From Coriobacteriia bacterium (GTDB lineage: Bacteria; Actinomycetota; Coriobacteriia; Anaerosomatales; PALSA-660), in the NCBI GenBank assembly GCA_025361885.1, contig JANYJF010000032.1, forward strand, positions 1 through 57,252: 57,252 nucleotides of DNA, written 5' to 3'. Below are positions 19,763 through 29,506 of the stretch, piece by piece. The position numbers were made by a program, and so were the translations under genes. Numbering within the stretch: the stretch's first letter is position 1; the number at the start of each line of letters is the position of its first letter. The notes under the pieces were generated by a model, which saw nothing but the letters and a program-made list of their open reading frames with translations, had not been told where the DNA came from and ran no database searches.

Positions 19763-21625
19763 TCACCGCACGGGACTGGTCGAGTCTAGCACGCCGCCAA
19801 GGGGTGCCTTGGGGGCGCCGGGTGCCTTCGTGACCTTACCGTTACCGGTCTTGGAGCCGGCCTTCGGCTTCGCCGGGACGGGAGTCACGACGACGGGGGC
19901 CGTGACCTGCGGGCTGGGTGGGATCTTGAGGTGCGCCACGCAGAACTGCGCGAGCCTGGAGAACGCCGGGGCTGCGACCGAGCCACCGAAGATGGTGCCG
20001 CTCGGCTCGTCGATGGTCACGAGGATCAGGATGCGCGGGTCGTCCGCGGGCAGGAAGCCCGCGAAGGACCCGATGTACTTGCCCGAGGCGTAGCCGGCGC
20101 CGTTCGGCAGCGGCTTCTGGGCCGTGCCCGTCTTGCCGGCGACCTGGTAGCCGGAGACCTTGGCCGCCGCGCCCGTTCCGTCGTCGACGACTGCCCTGAG
20201 CATGGTGACCATCTGAGCTGCCGTGGCCGTGGTGCAGGCACTCTCAGTGGGCCAGAACAGCGGTCGCGTGTCTCCCTCTTCCCGGAGAAGGAAGTGCGGC
20301 GTGACGAGCGTCCCGTGGTTGGCGACACCCGAGAGCGCCTTGCACAGCTGCGCGCCGGTGACCGATATGCCCTGCCCGAAGGGGATGTTGCCGATCGACG
20401 ACTTCGACCACAGTGACGGATTGGGCAAGTACCCCTTCGCCTCGCCAGGGAAGTCGATCCCGGTCTTGGCCGTCAGACCGAACCGGGAGAAGTACTCGTA
20501 CAGGCCGTTGGCGCCGAGGGCCTGGCCGAGCTTGACCGCGCCTACGTTCGAGGACTTCGTCACGATCGTGGTCAGGTTCCAGTCGACGGTCGCGCGATCG
20601 TGGGACTCATGGATGGTCCTGTCCGCGATCTTGAGAGTCGGCGGCAGGTTGAACATGCTGTCCGGCGTGAAGATGCCCTTGTCGATGACGGCGGCCGCCG
20701 TGAACGTCTTGATGGTGGAGCCGGGCTCATAGGCATCGGATACGACCTTGTTGCGCCATGCCTTGGGATCAGCGGTCCGGTAGGTGTTGGGATCGAAATA
20801 TGGCGTCGAAGCCATCGCGAGGACCTCGCCGTTGCGCGGGTCCATCACCACCACCGACCCGCCCTTCGCACCGAACTGCGTGACGGCACTCGAGAGTTCC
20901 ATCTGCGCCTGGTACTGGATGTCCTTGTCGATCGTCAGGTACACGTTATGTCCGTCCACCGGATCGATGGACACGAGCGTGCCACCTGGGATCGTGCGCC
21001 CGCGGCGGTCCATCTCGGCTTTCAACTGGCCCGGCGTCCCGCGCAGGACCGCGTCGTACTGCTTCTCGATCCCCGCCAGGCCCGAATCATCGGTGCCCAC
21101 GAACCCCAGGACCTGGCAGGCCAGATCGCCCGAAGGATACGTGCGCATAGAGTCGTCCACGAGCGAGATGCCGGCGATCCCGAGTTTGGAGACGGCCTCC
21201 GCGCGGCCCATGTCGACCTTGCGAGCGATGTCGAGGCCTCCGACGTCGCGGATTAGCTTGGCGTAGTACGACTCGGGCGTTCCGCCCAGGACGCCGGCGA
21301 GCGCGGTCGCGGCGCCTCGCGGGTCACGGATCTTGTGCGGCTCGGCGACGATCGTCTTGGCGTCCACAGTCCAGGCGAGCTTCTGGCCCTCGCGGTCGAG
21401 GATCGCCCCGCGGCGCGGCGAGAGAATGACGTTGCGCACGCGCTGCTTCTCCGCGATCGCCGCGAACGCCGGCGCCTGGACGACCTGGATCCACACGAGT
21501 CGCACGGACACGATACCGAGAAGGACGAGACAGACCGCAGCGAGACCGGTGAACCGCTCGCGAACGTCACCCGACGCGCGCGTTCGGGACACCCTCGCGC
21601 CTCCTTTGCCTACCGCCGCTCGCAT
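19763..21625 (-). CDS. ftsI: Class B penicillin-binding protein FtsI/PBP3
   Basis: RGAILDR, EPGSTIK (SxxK), KSSN (SxN), GKTGTAQ (KTG). Confidence 0.93.
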   Translation of the reverse strand: MRAAVGKGGARVSRTRASGDVRERFTGLAAVCLVLLGIVSVRLVWIQVVQAPAFAAIAEKQRVRNVILSPRRGAILDREGQKLAWTVDAKTIVAEPHKIRDPRGAATALAGVLGGTPESYYAKLIRDVGGLDIARKVDMGRAEAVSKLGIAGISLVDDSMRTYPSGDLACQVLGFVGTDDSGLAGIEKQYDAVLRGTPGQLKAEMDRRGRTIPGGTLVSIDPVDGHNVYLTIDKDIQYQAQMELSSAVTQFGAKGGSVVVMDPRNGEVLAMASTPYFDPNTYRTADPKAWRNKVVSDAYEPGSTIKTFTAAAVIDKGIFTPDSMFNLPPTLKIADRTIHESHDRATVDWNLTTIVTKSSNVGAVKLGQALGANGLYEYFSRFGLTAKTGIDFPGEAKGYLPNPSLWSKSSIGNIPFGQGISVTGAQLCKALSGVANHGTLVTPHFLLREEGDTRPLFWPTESACTTATAAQMVTMLRAVVDDGTGAAAKVSGYQVAGKTGTAQKPLPNGAGYASGKYIGSFAGFLPADDPRILILVTIDEPSGTIFGGSVAAPAFSRLAQFCVAHLKIPPSPQVTAPVVVTPVPAKPKAGSKTGNGKVTKAPGAPKAPLGGVLDSTSPVR

Positions 21626-21628
21626 CTC

Positions 21629-22246
21629 CTACCGCGAGCCGGCCAGGCCCACGTCCCCGACGAGCAGGGACTGCGCCTCACCGGCTGACATGTCGAGGAC
21701 GGCACCGATCACGGCGCCGAGCCCGGAGGTGCGCGCGGAGTCTCCAACGCTCGCCGAAGTCGCCGCGGAGGCACCGGTCGCCGGGCTCTTCGCGTCTGGG
21801 GGCAGTAGGAGATAGTTGATGGACACGGGCTTGGTCATCTGCATGGTCGTCGAGGCGATGCTCTCGACCCTCGACGGCGCCATGAGCGCGCTCTTGTCGA
21901 CCTCGAGCTGGCCTGCCGCGATCCGTTCGGTCTTGATGTTGCGCCTGAGCGAGCCTTCCGAGAGTGACATCTCGGCCACGCGGGCCATGACACCGACGCG
22001 CACCATCGCGACGGCGGCGATGCCCAGAGCCAACCACACGAACGCGGCGAAGACCGCGCGGGCCCCGGAGGCCTTGGCACGGGCGGAGGGCCGCTTGGAA
22101 GCAAGGGGCTGGGAAGCGGTTCGCGCGCGGGCGGAGGGGGTGGCCGCCCGCGCGCGGTCGCGAGTGCGAGACTTGACGACGCGAAGGTGAGCACCGCGCG
22201 GGGCGGGATGCGCCACGTGCGACAGTTTGCGCGCCGCTTCTCCCAT
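21629..22246 (-). CDS. ftsL: FtsL-like cell division protein
   Basis: Lies between rsmH and ftsI. Basic N-terminus with HLRVV, single TM helix, coiled-coil-like segment, APSRVESIA. Called mainly by position. Confidence 0.65.
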   Translation of the reverse strand: MGEAARKLSHVAHPAPRGAHLRVVKSRTRDRARAATPSARARTASQPLASKRPSARAKASGARAVFAAFVWLALGIAAVAMVRVGVMARVAEMSLSEGSLRRNIKTERIAAGQLEVDKSALMAPSRVESIASTTMQMTKPVSINYLLLPPDAKSPATGASAATSASVGDSARTSGLGAVIGAVLDMSAGEAQSLLVGDVGLAGSR

Positions 22247-22294
22247 CTTGCTCGTACTCCTTCGCGATGTTGCCCGGACACGGCCGGGTGTGGT

Positions 22295-23230
22295 TCAGAC
22301 CTTCTCCGCCACTCGCAGCTTTGCGCTGCGGGACCGCGGATTGTTCTCGATCTCGTCCGCGGTGGGCACGATCGCCTTTCGCGTGACGATCCGGAGTACC
22401 GGCACCCTTCCACACACACATACGGGCAGGTCGGGCGGGCACGTGCAGCCCCGGGCCAACTCGTTGAACACCGTCTTGATGACGCGGTCCTCGAGGGAGT
22501 GGTACGCGATGACCGCGACTCTGCCCCCGGGAGCCAGCCACCGCACGGCAGCTCGTATGGCGCCGTCGAGGACCTCGATCTCCTGGTTGACCTCGATTCG
22601 CAGCGCCTGGAACGTCCTGCGGGCCGGATGGGGCCCACCTCTGCGCGCGGACGCGGGGATCGCGTCCTTGATGACCTGGACGAGTTCGAAGGTGGTGGCG
22701 ATGGGGCGGCGGCCTCGCGCGGCTACGATGAATGCTGCGATGCGCGAGGCCCACCGCTCCTCGCCATACTCTCGAATGACTCGAGTAAGCTGGGCCTGGG
22801 AGTACTGGTCGACCACGTCGGCGGCGGTGGGTCCGCCGCCCTCCGGGTCCATCCTCATGTCGAGCGGAGCATCGTGGTGGTAGCTGAAGCCCCGCTCGGG
22901 CATGTCGAGTTGCGGAGACGATACGCCGAGGTCGAACAGGATCGCGTCCGCGTACGGTATGGACGCCTCGACGAGCAGGCGGTCCAGGTCGGCGAAGTTC
23001 CCCTTCAATAGAATGATCTGCTGGCCGAGGCGGAGTGTGTCTGCTGCTGCGATGAGTGCTGCGTCGTCTTGATCGATCCCCACCAACGTTCCGGTGGGGG
23101 CGATCGAATCTGCTATCCGCCTCGCGTGGCCTGCCCCGCCCAAGGTGCAGTCGACTGCGATGGAGCCTGGTTGCAACTTCAACTGCTGGAGGACCTCGGC
23201 CAGCAAAACTGGTGAATGCCGGTATTCCAT
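22295..23230 (-). CDS. rsmH: 16S rRNA m4C1402 methyltransferase RsmH (MraW)
   Basis: HSPVLLAE, DCTLGGAGH, DLGVSSPQLD, PLDMRM, FQALRIEVN, HSLEDR, NPRSRSAKLR. Confidence 0.97.
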   Translation of the reverse strand: MEYRHSPVLLAEVLQQLKLQPGSIAVDCTLGGAGHARRIADSIAPTGTLVGIDQDDAALIAAADTLRLGQQIILLKGNFADLDRLLVEASIPYADAILFDLGVSSPQLDMPERGFSYHHDAPLDMRMDPEGGGPTAADVVDQYSQAQLTRVIREYGEERWASRIAAFIVAARGRRPIATTFELVQVIKDAIPASARRGGPHPARRTFQALRIEVNQEIEVLDGAIRAAVRWLAPGGRVAVIAYHSLEDRVIKTVFNELARGCTCPPDLPVCVCGRVPVLRIVTRKAIVPTADEIENNPRSRSAKLRVAEKV

Positions 23231-23240
23231 TGTCAAAGCC

Positions 23241-23675
23241 CTAGAGGATGCCCTGGTCGGCCAATTCCTCGGCTGCGTCCACGACAGTGCCGCTGATCTC
23301 GCTCTGGTACGCCGCCCACGTGGCGGAGTCCCATACCTCGATGCGATCGCCATTGCCGATAACGGTCACGTCCCTGGTGATGCCCGCGTGCTCGCGCAGC
23401 GGTCCCGTGAGGGGGATCCGCCCGGCGGAATCGACATTGACCTCGGCGGCGCCGGCCAAGAAGAACCGTCGGACGTCGCGGGTCTTGCGGCCGAAATCGT
23501 TGCCCTCGAGCAGCTTGCCGAGGAAGTCCGTGTAGCCCTCGGCCGGGAACACGTACAGGCAGCCTTCGAAGCCCTTGGTCACGACGACCTTCTCGCCCGT
23601 GACTCCGCGGAACTTCGCCGGAAGTGAGACGCGGCCTTTGGCGTCGAGCGTGTGCTGATACTCACCAAGGAACAT
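23241..23675 (-). CDS. mraZ: Transcriptional regulator MraZ
   Basis: MFLGEYQHTLDAKGRVSLPAKFR, DSAGRI, RIEVWD. Confidence 0.98.
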   Translation of the reverse strand: MFLGEYQHTLDAKGRVSLPAKFRGVTGEKVVVTKGFEGCLYVFPAEGYTDFLGKLLEGNDFGRKTRDVRRFFLAGAAEVNVDSAGRIPLTGPLREHAGITRDVTVIGNGDRIEVWDSATWAAYQSEISGTVVDAAEELADQGIL

Positions 23676-23747
23676 CCGGCGCCTCCCCCCTCGTCTCGCC
23701 TGCTGATCGGACCCTCATCGTGCTGGTGAGAACTCCCTCACAACGGA

Positions 23748-23776
23748 ACTCTATGACACTACATCCCACAGTGCAA
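23748..23776 (-). promoter_or_regulatory. Sigma70-type promoter of the dcw cluster: TTGCAC-17 nt-TAGAGT
   Basis: gtgcaa at 23771-23776 and actcta at 23748-23753, 17-nt spacer. Confidence 0.7.
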
Positions 23777-23841
23777 CCCTTTTGTGACCTTTCATGACAC
23801 TCGTTACCACGCGCCACCACCGCATGCAGCCGCTCCCCCAC
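23756..23841 (-). promoter_or_regulatory. Putative MraZ-binding direct repeats (GTGG/GTGT with 10-nt period)
   Basis: Minus-strand GTG(G/T) units begin at 23841, 23820, 23810, 23800, 23769 and 23759, resembling the GTGG-type repeats bound by MraZ. Confidence 0.6.
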
Positions 23842-23985
23842 TTCGCCGGCTGCGCGAGAACGGCTAAGCCCGACTCACACTGCCGCGAACCACCGCGGCG
23901 AGAACGCCGTCTGAACGGGTGCGGACAGGAGATCGGACCTTGACAGCGAACTAGAGGGAGACGGGCGTGACCGCAGCACGGGGAG

Positions 23986-24014
23986 TTGTCCCGGCGCGGC
24001 GGCACCGATACAAT
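23986..24014 (+). promoter_or_regulatory. Sigma70-type promoter TTGTCC-17 nt-TACAAT
   Basis: Read directly from the sequence, about 40 nt upstream of the small ORF at 24054. Confidence 0.65.
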
Positions 24015-24053
24015 CCGTCACGAGTCCATAACTCGCGGGAGGTGAACCATCAG

Positions 24054-24194
24054 ATGACACCCAACTGGGCCGGCGCGGTCGTCAATACCCTCGTGCTAGC
24101 GACCTTCGTGGTGATAGGGATCGGCATCGGCTTCCTCGTCTATGCCGCCAAACAGCTGAAGAAGGCCGAGGAGAAGTCCTCCGTATCCGAGTAG
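24054..24194 (+). CDS. 46-aa single-pass small membrane protein
   Basis: GGGAGGTG RBS, ATG at 24054, MTPNWAGAVVNTLVLATFVVIGIGIGFLVYAAKQLKKAEEKSSVSE, with its own promoter. Confidence 0.7.
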   Translation: MTPNWAGAVVNTLVLATFVVIGIGIGFLVYAAKQLKKAEEKSSVSE

Positions 24195-24341
24195 GCGCCT
24201 CCATTCGCTGTCATCTCTGACGAAGGTAGATCGAACGCCCGCCGCAGCAAGTGCTGCGCGGGCGTTCTGTCATCCACAGGCATCCCGTCAAAGCCGCCCA
24301 AGGTGGTGTGCGGGAGCGACGATCGATAGGGGGAATCCGAC

Positions 24342-25430
24342 ATGCGAGGCGTCAACGCTCGAGGGCTTGTCCGAATCGCTGCCGCGGTGCTGGCCGCGAT
24401 GCTCGTCACCACGTCGCTGGCAGGTTGCGGCCTGTCCAGATCGACTTCCACGGCACCACAGCCGGGGCGCCAGGACCTGACCGGCGCGCCTGCCACGGCC
24501 GGCCCGTCGACGAAGGGCTCTCCCAGCTCGGCGGGGCTCGCCGAGAGTGCGATCGCGCCCGCTCCGACCGCGTCCGGCGTCAATGCGTCCACCATCCCTG
24601 CGGACCAGCGCCTCATCGTGCGCGACAAGACGCTGCGACTCGAGGTCGAGGACGTCCCCGGGGCGATCGATAAGCTCAGGTCGATCGCGAAGTCGACGAA
24701 GGCCGATATCACGGACATGCAGGTGTCGACGGCCGCCGACGGGCCGATCTACCGGCCACTGCCGGTGCAGACTCAGGCTGGCGGGACATCGAGCGCTTCC
24801 GCGACCGCGCTCAACGCCTACCTCACGGTGCGCGTGCCGGTTTCGGACTTCGAGAGATTCGTGGACGAGGCGTCGAAAGTGGGCCGCGTGCTCTACCAGT
24901 CCGAATCCTCCGACGACGTCACGCAGCAGCACGTCGACATGGCGGCCCGTCTGTCGAACCTGCGCGCCGAGGAGACCCGGCTTCGCGACTTCCTGAACGC
25001 GGCACGCAACGTCACGGAGATGCTTCAGGTGGAGACCGAACTCAACCGCGTCCGCGGCGAGATCGAGTCCATGTCCGCGCAGCTCGCCTACCTCGAGCGA
25101 CAGGCCGCGCTGGCCACGGTGACCATCGAGCTGACCGAGCCTCGGGCCATCGTCCGTCCCGCGGGGATCGACTGGGGCTGGAGCCAGGCGCTGACGGATG
25201 CCATCCGCGCCTTCGTCGGCGTCGTCGAGGGGATCATCGTGGTCACGGGGGCACTCCTCCCCCTGGTGTTGCTGGCTCTTGTGGCGTTCTTCATCATCCG
25301 CGCGACTGTACGGCGATCCCGCAAGCGCAGGGCCGCGGCGGGAACCGGTGCCGAGGGCGAGGACCGAGACGGACCTGTGGAGACGTTCGATGACGGCGAC
25401 CGGACCGCGTCGCACATCCCGGAGAGCTGA
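24342..25430 (+). CDS. DUF4349-like lipoprotein with C-terminal TM segment
   Basis: Lipobox SLAGC; LTVRVPVSDF, SDDVTQQHVD..ARLSNL, coiled coil ELNRVRGEIES, LATVTIELTE. Confidence 0.82.
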   Translation: MRGVNARGLVRIAAAVLAAMLVTTSLAGCGLSRSTSTAPQPGRQDLTGAPATAGPSTKGSPSSAGLAESAIAPAPTASGVNASTIPADQRLIVRDKTLRLEVEDVPGAIDKLRSIAKSTKADITDMQVSTAADGPIYRPLPVQTQAGGTSSASATALNAYLTVRVPVSDFERFVDEASKVGRVLYQSESSDDVTQQHVDMAARLSNLRAEETRLRDFLNAARNVTEMLQVETELNRVRGEIESMSAQLAYLERQAALATVTIELTEPRAIVRPAGIDWGWSQALTDAIRAFVGVVEGIIVVTGALLPLVLLALVAFFIIRATVRRSRKRRAAAGTGAEGEDRDGPVETFDDGDRTASHIPES

Positions 25431-25434
25431 GCAC

Positions 25435-25743
25435 TTGCCGTTCTCGCTGAGGCCCCGTGTGCGTATCGCGTGGTGGGCGGCGGTCCTCGCGACCGCCGCC
25501 GCCTACGTCTTCCGGGCGCTCGTCTCTCTTGGCGGTGACATGCGTCCGCAGCTTCCAGCAGACGCCATCATCGGCGGAGTGCTCGCCGCGCTGCTCATCG
25601 CTCGCATGCTGGTGGCACGGTGGGCGGTTCGCGCCGATGGAAACGAAGGGGATCGCGATTCCCGGACACGGACCGGCGCCGGTGGCGGCGATCGTCCCGG
25701 CGCCGGCGGACGAGACTCCAGCGGGCTCGACAGCAGGCCCTGA
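25435..25743 (+). CDS. Hypothetical two-TM membrane protein
   Basis: 3' part of ORF 25198-25743. TTG at 25435 after GGAGAG; two hydrophobic segments. Start uncertain. Confidence 0.5.
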   Translation: MPFSLRPRVRIAWWAAVLATAAAYVFRALVSLGGDMRPQLPADAIIGGVLAALLIARMLVARWAVRADGNEGDRDSRTRTGAGGGDRPGAGGRDSSGLDSRP

Positions 25744-25746
25744 CGC

Positions 25747-26733
25747 TCACTCCTTCTCGTACGGCTTCCCCACCGCCGCGGGAGCCACGGCGCGTCCCAT
25801 GACGCCAGCCAGCACCACGACGGTCAGCACGTAGGGCAGCATCAGGAAGAACTGCGGCGGCACCTTGATCGCACTGGAGACCAACTGCAGCTTGATCTGG
25901 AGCGCGTCCGTGAATCCGAACAACAGCGACGCCAGATACGAGCCCACCGGCGTCCATCGTCCGAAGATATTGGCCGCCAGCGCTATGAAGCCGCGCCCGT
26001 TCGTCATGTTCTCGGTGAACGTCCCGACCTGTTCAAGCGCGAGGTTGGCCCCGGCCAGACCGGCCAGTGCCCCCGAGATCACGACTGCGGCATAACGGCC
26101 ACGCCGGACGTTTATGCCAACCGTGTCCGCGGCGCGCGGGTGCTCGCCCAGCGCGCGGAGCCTCACTCCCCACCTGGTCCGGTACAGCGCCCACTGCCCG
26201 ATGACTGCGATCGCGATGGCCATGTAGGCGATAGGCGAATGGCTGAACAGGAGCGTGTTGATCCAGGTCCACACGGTACCGAGGAGGCCTGAGCCGGCTG
26301 CGGCGACCGGGAAGTTGAAGACCTGGGGGAGCGTCTCGCGGACCGCGTCGGTGGATCCCGGGTGCCCGTAGAACGACTCCATCAGGAATCCCGTGAGGCC
26401 GAGCGCCAGGATGTTGAGTGCCGTGCCGGACACCACCTGCTCCATGCGCAGGTCGATGGAAGCGAATGCGTGGATGAGCGAGAACAGGGCACCTGTGGCC
26501 ACCGCCGTGGCCAGTCCGATCCATACCGCGGCCAGTGGCCCGATGGAGGTTCCCTGAAGAGCCAGTGTCGCTGCGGTGCCGAAGAACGCGCCGACCAGCA
26601 TCATGCCCTCAAGTGCGATGTTCACAACGCCCGAGCGCTCGCATATCGTCCCACCGATGGCGGCCAGCGCGAGCGGGGTCGCGACACGGATCGCTGAGGC
26701 GAACAGGTCCGGGTTCAGGACATCACTGAGCAC
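25747..26733 (-). CDS. Nucleoside/sugar (BMP-type) ABC transporter permease 2
   Basis: ERSGVVNIALEG, GEHPRAADTVGINV, GRGFIALAA, LPYVLT (NupQ/YufQ-like). Confidence 0.9.
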   Translation of the reverse strand: MLSDVLNPDLFASAIRVATPLALAAIGGTICERSGVVNIALEGMMLVGAFFGTAATLALQGTSIGPLAAVWIGLATAVATGALFSLIHAFASIDLRMEQVVSGTALNILALGLTGFLMESFYGHPGSTDAVRETLPQVFNFPVAAAGSGLLGTVWTWINTLLFSHSPIAYMAIAIAVIGQWALYRTRWGVRLRALGEHPRAADTVGINVRRGRYAAVVISGALAGLAGANLALEQVGTFTENMTNGRGFIALAANIFGRWTPVGSYLASLLFGFTDALQIKLQLVSSAIKVPPQFFLMLPYVLTVVVLAGVMGRAVAPAAVGKPYEKE

Positions 26734-27823
26734 GTGCGGTCACCTCCTTGCGACGACGGGCTATCCATTTCGAGACGAAGGGTTCCGTAGCCACGAAGAA
26801 GATGATGAGCCCCTGGATGATCGAGACGACCTTGATCGGCACGTTCGCCTCAAGCTGCATCAGCGACGATCCGGCGGAGAGCGCGCCGAACAGGATGGCG
26901 GCGGGGATCACCGCGATCGGGTTGTTCTTCGCAAGAAGGGCGACCGCGATCCCGGTGAACCCGAAGCCCGACGAGAAGGTGTCGAAGATGCGACCCTGCA
27001 CGCCGAGCACCTCGACCACGCCCGCAAGACCGGCAAGAGCGCCGGATATGCACAGGGCTTTGACAGTGGTGGACGCTATCGAGATGCCGCCGTTCTCGGC
27101 CGCGAGCGGGTTGAACCCGACCGCGCGCGATTCGTAGCCGGTCGTCGTGTACTTGAGGATGAACCACATGAGTGCGGCACACCCGACCGCGATGAGCAGA
27201 CCCATGTGCGCTCGGCCCAACTGAAGCGCCGGGAAGACCTGCACGATCCTGGGGAGGACGGCGCCGGCGCCGATCAGGTCGGTCTGCGGTATGGGACCGG
27301 GGGCCTTGAGCGGGCCGGTGACCAGCCACGACACGATGTACCTCGCAATGTAGCCGAACATCATCGTGGTGATGACCTCGTGGGCACCGACCCGGGCCTT
27401 CAGGACAGCCGGGATGAAGGCCCAGGCCGCGCCCGCGAGGGCACCCGCGATGATGATCGCCGGCAACGCGATGAACACTGACATTCCGCCCAGGACGACT
27501 CCCAGGTAGGCGCCGGCGAGTCCGCCCATGAACAGCTGCCCCTCGGCGCCTATGTTGAACAGACCGCTGCGGAAGCCGTACGCCACGGCCAAGCCGGTGA
27601 ACATGAGCGGCACCGCGCTCAGGAAGGTCTCGCCGATGTAGTTCATCGAGCCGAAGGAACCGCGGATCAAAGCCGAGAAGGCGGCGACCGGGTCTTTGCC
27701 GAACGCCCAGATGATCAGGGAGGAGATCAAGACGGCGAGGATGACCGAGACGACCGGCGAGAACGCCTTGATGGCGATGCCGGTCCAATCGCGCTGCTCT
27801 ACGATCTCAGGTCGGCCAGCCAT
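26723..27823 (-). CDS. Nucleoside/sugar (BMP-type) ABC transporter permease 1
   Basis: GLFNIGAEGQ, HEVITTMM, GFGFTGIAVALL (NupP/YufP-like). Confidence 0.9.
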   Translation of the reverse strand: MAGRPEIVEQRDWTGIAIKAFSPVVSVILAVLISSLIIWAFGKDPVAAFSALIRGSFGSMNYIGETFLSAVPLMFTGLAVAYGFRSGLFNIGAEGQLFMGGLAGAYLGVVLGGMSVFIALPAIIIAGALAGAAWAFIPAVLKARVGAHEVITTMMFGYIARYIVSWLVTGPLKAPGPIPQTDLIGAGAVLPRIVQVFPALQLGRAHMGLLIAVGCAALMWFILKYTTTGYESRAVGFNPLAAENGGISIASTTVKALCISGALAGLAGVVEVLGVQGRIFDTFSSGFGFTGIAVALLAKNNPIAVIPAAILFGALSAGSSLMQLEANVPIKVVSIIQGLIIFFVATEPFVSKWIARRRKEVTARAQ

Positions 27824-27824
27824 G

Positions 27825-29369
27825 TCAGGAGCCCCCCTTCTCGACCGGGGCGGACAACTTGCTCCCGCCACCACCTGTCATGTAGTAGCCGAGCATCTCG
27901 TCGGTCGCCTCTTCAGCGAGGACTTCATGCACGATCAGCCCTTCGTAGATGACCAGGATGCGGTCGGCGATGGAGAGCACTTCCTCGAGCTCGAGACTCA
28001 CGAGCAGCACGGCCTTGCCCCGGTCGCGCTCGGCAAGGATCTGCTCATGCACGAATTCGATCGCACCGACGTCGAGACCGCGGGTCGGCTGCGCGGCGAT
28101 CAGCAGGTCGGGGTCGCGTCCCAGCTCGCGAGCCACGACGACCTTCTGCTGGTTGCCGCCCGACAGCGCGCCGGCGAGCACGTGGATCGACGGGGTGCGG
28201 ACATCGAAGTCCGCGACCCTCTTGCGCGCGGTGTCAGCGACCGCCTTTGTGCTCACGATCCCGCCATGAGCATACGGCGCCTTCCGGTGGTCTCCGAGCA
28301 CCATGTTCTCGGCGATGTCGAACTCCAGCACGAGCCCGCGGCGATGCCGATCCTCCGGCACGTGTGACACGCCGGCCGCGATGGTTTGGCGCGGTGTCGC
28401 GCGGGTGATGTCCTTGCCGCGGAGCGTGATGCTGCCGGCCTTCGGGCGCCTCAGGCCCGTGATCGCTTCCACGATCTCGCGCTGACCGTTGCCGTCCACC
28501 CCGGCGAGCGCAACCACCTCTCCGGCACGGACGTTGAGACTGACACCCTTGACCGCGGGCAGCCGCCGGTCGTCATCGACCTCGAGGTCGTCCACCGACA
28601 ACACCACCTCACCCGGAGACCCGGGCGTGCGTGCAACCCGGAGCACGACGTCACGGCCGACCATCATCCGGGCCAGCCCCGCCTGGTCCGTGTCGGCGGG
28701 TCGGGTCTCGCCGACGAGGCGCCCGTCTCGCATGACCAGCACGCGGTCGGCGATCGCCAGCACTTCCTCGAGCTTGTGGGTGATGAGTGCGACCGCGAGG
28801 CCCTCATCCACGAGGGAGCGCACGACGCCGAAGAGCTCGCGCACCTCCGCGGGCGTGAGGACTGCCGTGGGCTCGTCGAGGATGAGGATGCGCGCGCCCT
28901 GGTACAGCGCCTTGAGGATCTCCACCCGCTGCTGCATTCCCACGGACAGATCCATGACCCGAGCATCCGGGTCGACCTTGAGGCCGTAACGCCCCGAAAG
29001 CTCGAGTACCGCGCGTCGTGCGAAGGCCAGGTCGATGACCTGTCCGTACTTGACAGGCTCGCGGCCGAGCACGATGTTCTCCGTCACTGTGAGCGGCTCG
29101 ACAAGCATGAAGTGCTGGTGGACCATTCCGATCCCGAGGTCGATGGCCTGACGCGGGTTGTGGATGTTAGCGGGCTTACCCTCGATGAGCACCTCGCCGC
29201 CGTCGGGCGACAGCAGCCCGTACACCACGTTCATGAGGGTGGACTTCCCGGCTCCGTTCTCGCCCAGAAGCGCCACGATCTCGCCGGCATCGAGCGTCAT
29301 CGAGACCTTGTCGTTGGCAAGGACGCCGGGGAACACCTTGGTGATCTCACGCACTTCTAGCAGGGGCAT
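27825..29369 (-). CDS. ABC transporter ATP-binding protein with two ABC domains (NupO/YufO-like)
   Basis: GENGAGKSTL, MVHQHFML, DEPTAVLTP, PEDRH, LSGGNQQK, QPTRGLDVG. Confidence 0.92.
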   Translation of the reverse strand: MPLLEVREITKVFPGVLANDKVSMTLDAGEIVALLGENGAGKSTLMNVVYGLLSPDGGEVLIEGKPANIHNPRQAIDLGIGMVHQHFMLVEPLTVTENIVLGREPVKYGQVIDLAFARRAVLELSGRYGLKVDPDARVMDLSVGMQQRVEILKALYQGARILILDEPTAVLTPAEVRELFGVVRSLVDEGLAVALITHKLEEVLAIADRVLVMRDGRLVGETRPADTDQAGLARMMVGRDVVLRVARTPGSPGEVVLSVDDLEVDDDRRLPAVKGVSLNVRAGEVVALAGVDGNGQREIVEAITGLRRPKAGSITLRGKDITRATPRQTIAAGVSHVPEDRHRRGLVLEFDIAENMVLGDHRKAPYAHGGIVSTKAVADTARKRVADFDVRTPSIHVLAGALSGGNQQKVVVARELGRDPDLLIAAQPTRGLDVGAIEFVHEQILAERDRGKAVLLVSLELEEVLSIADRILVIYEGLIVHEVLAEEATDEMLGYYMTGGGGSKLSAPVEKGGS

Positions 29370-29418
29370 CGACGGGCTCCTTCACGACACCTGAAGCTTC
29401 GGCCAACGAGCACTCACG

Positions 29419-29452
29419 CGGGCGGCCGACACGAACTCGTGCCGGCCGCCCG
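29419..29452 (-). terminator. Intergenic hairpin between the BMP gene and the ATPase gene (attenuating or mRNA-stabilising)
   Basis: gggcggccgacacg-aact-cgtgccggccgccc, imperfect stem. Confidence 0.5.
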
Positions 29453-29506
29453 TCGTGCTTCGCCGGGTCCGACCTCCAGGGCCGGTCCCGCTTGTGACGT
29501 GCGGAG

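Noticed and set aside
23940-23945. Perfect TTGACA -35 hexamer
   Set aside because: No -10-like element at 16-19 nt spacing.
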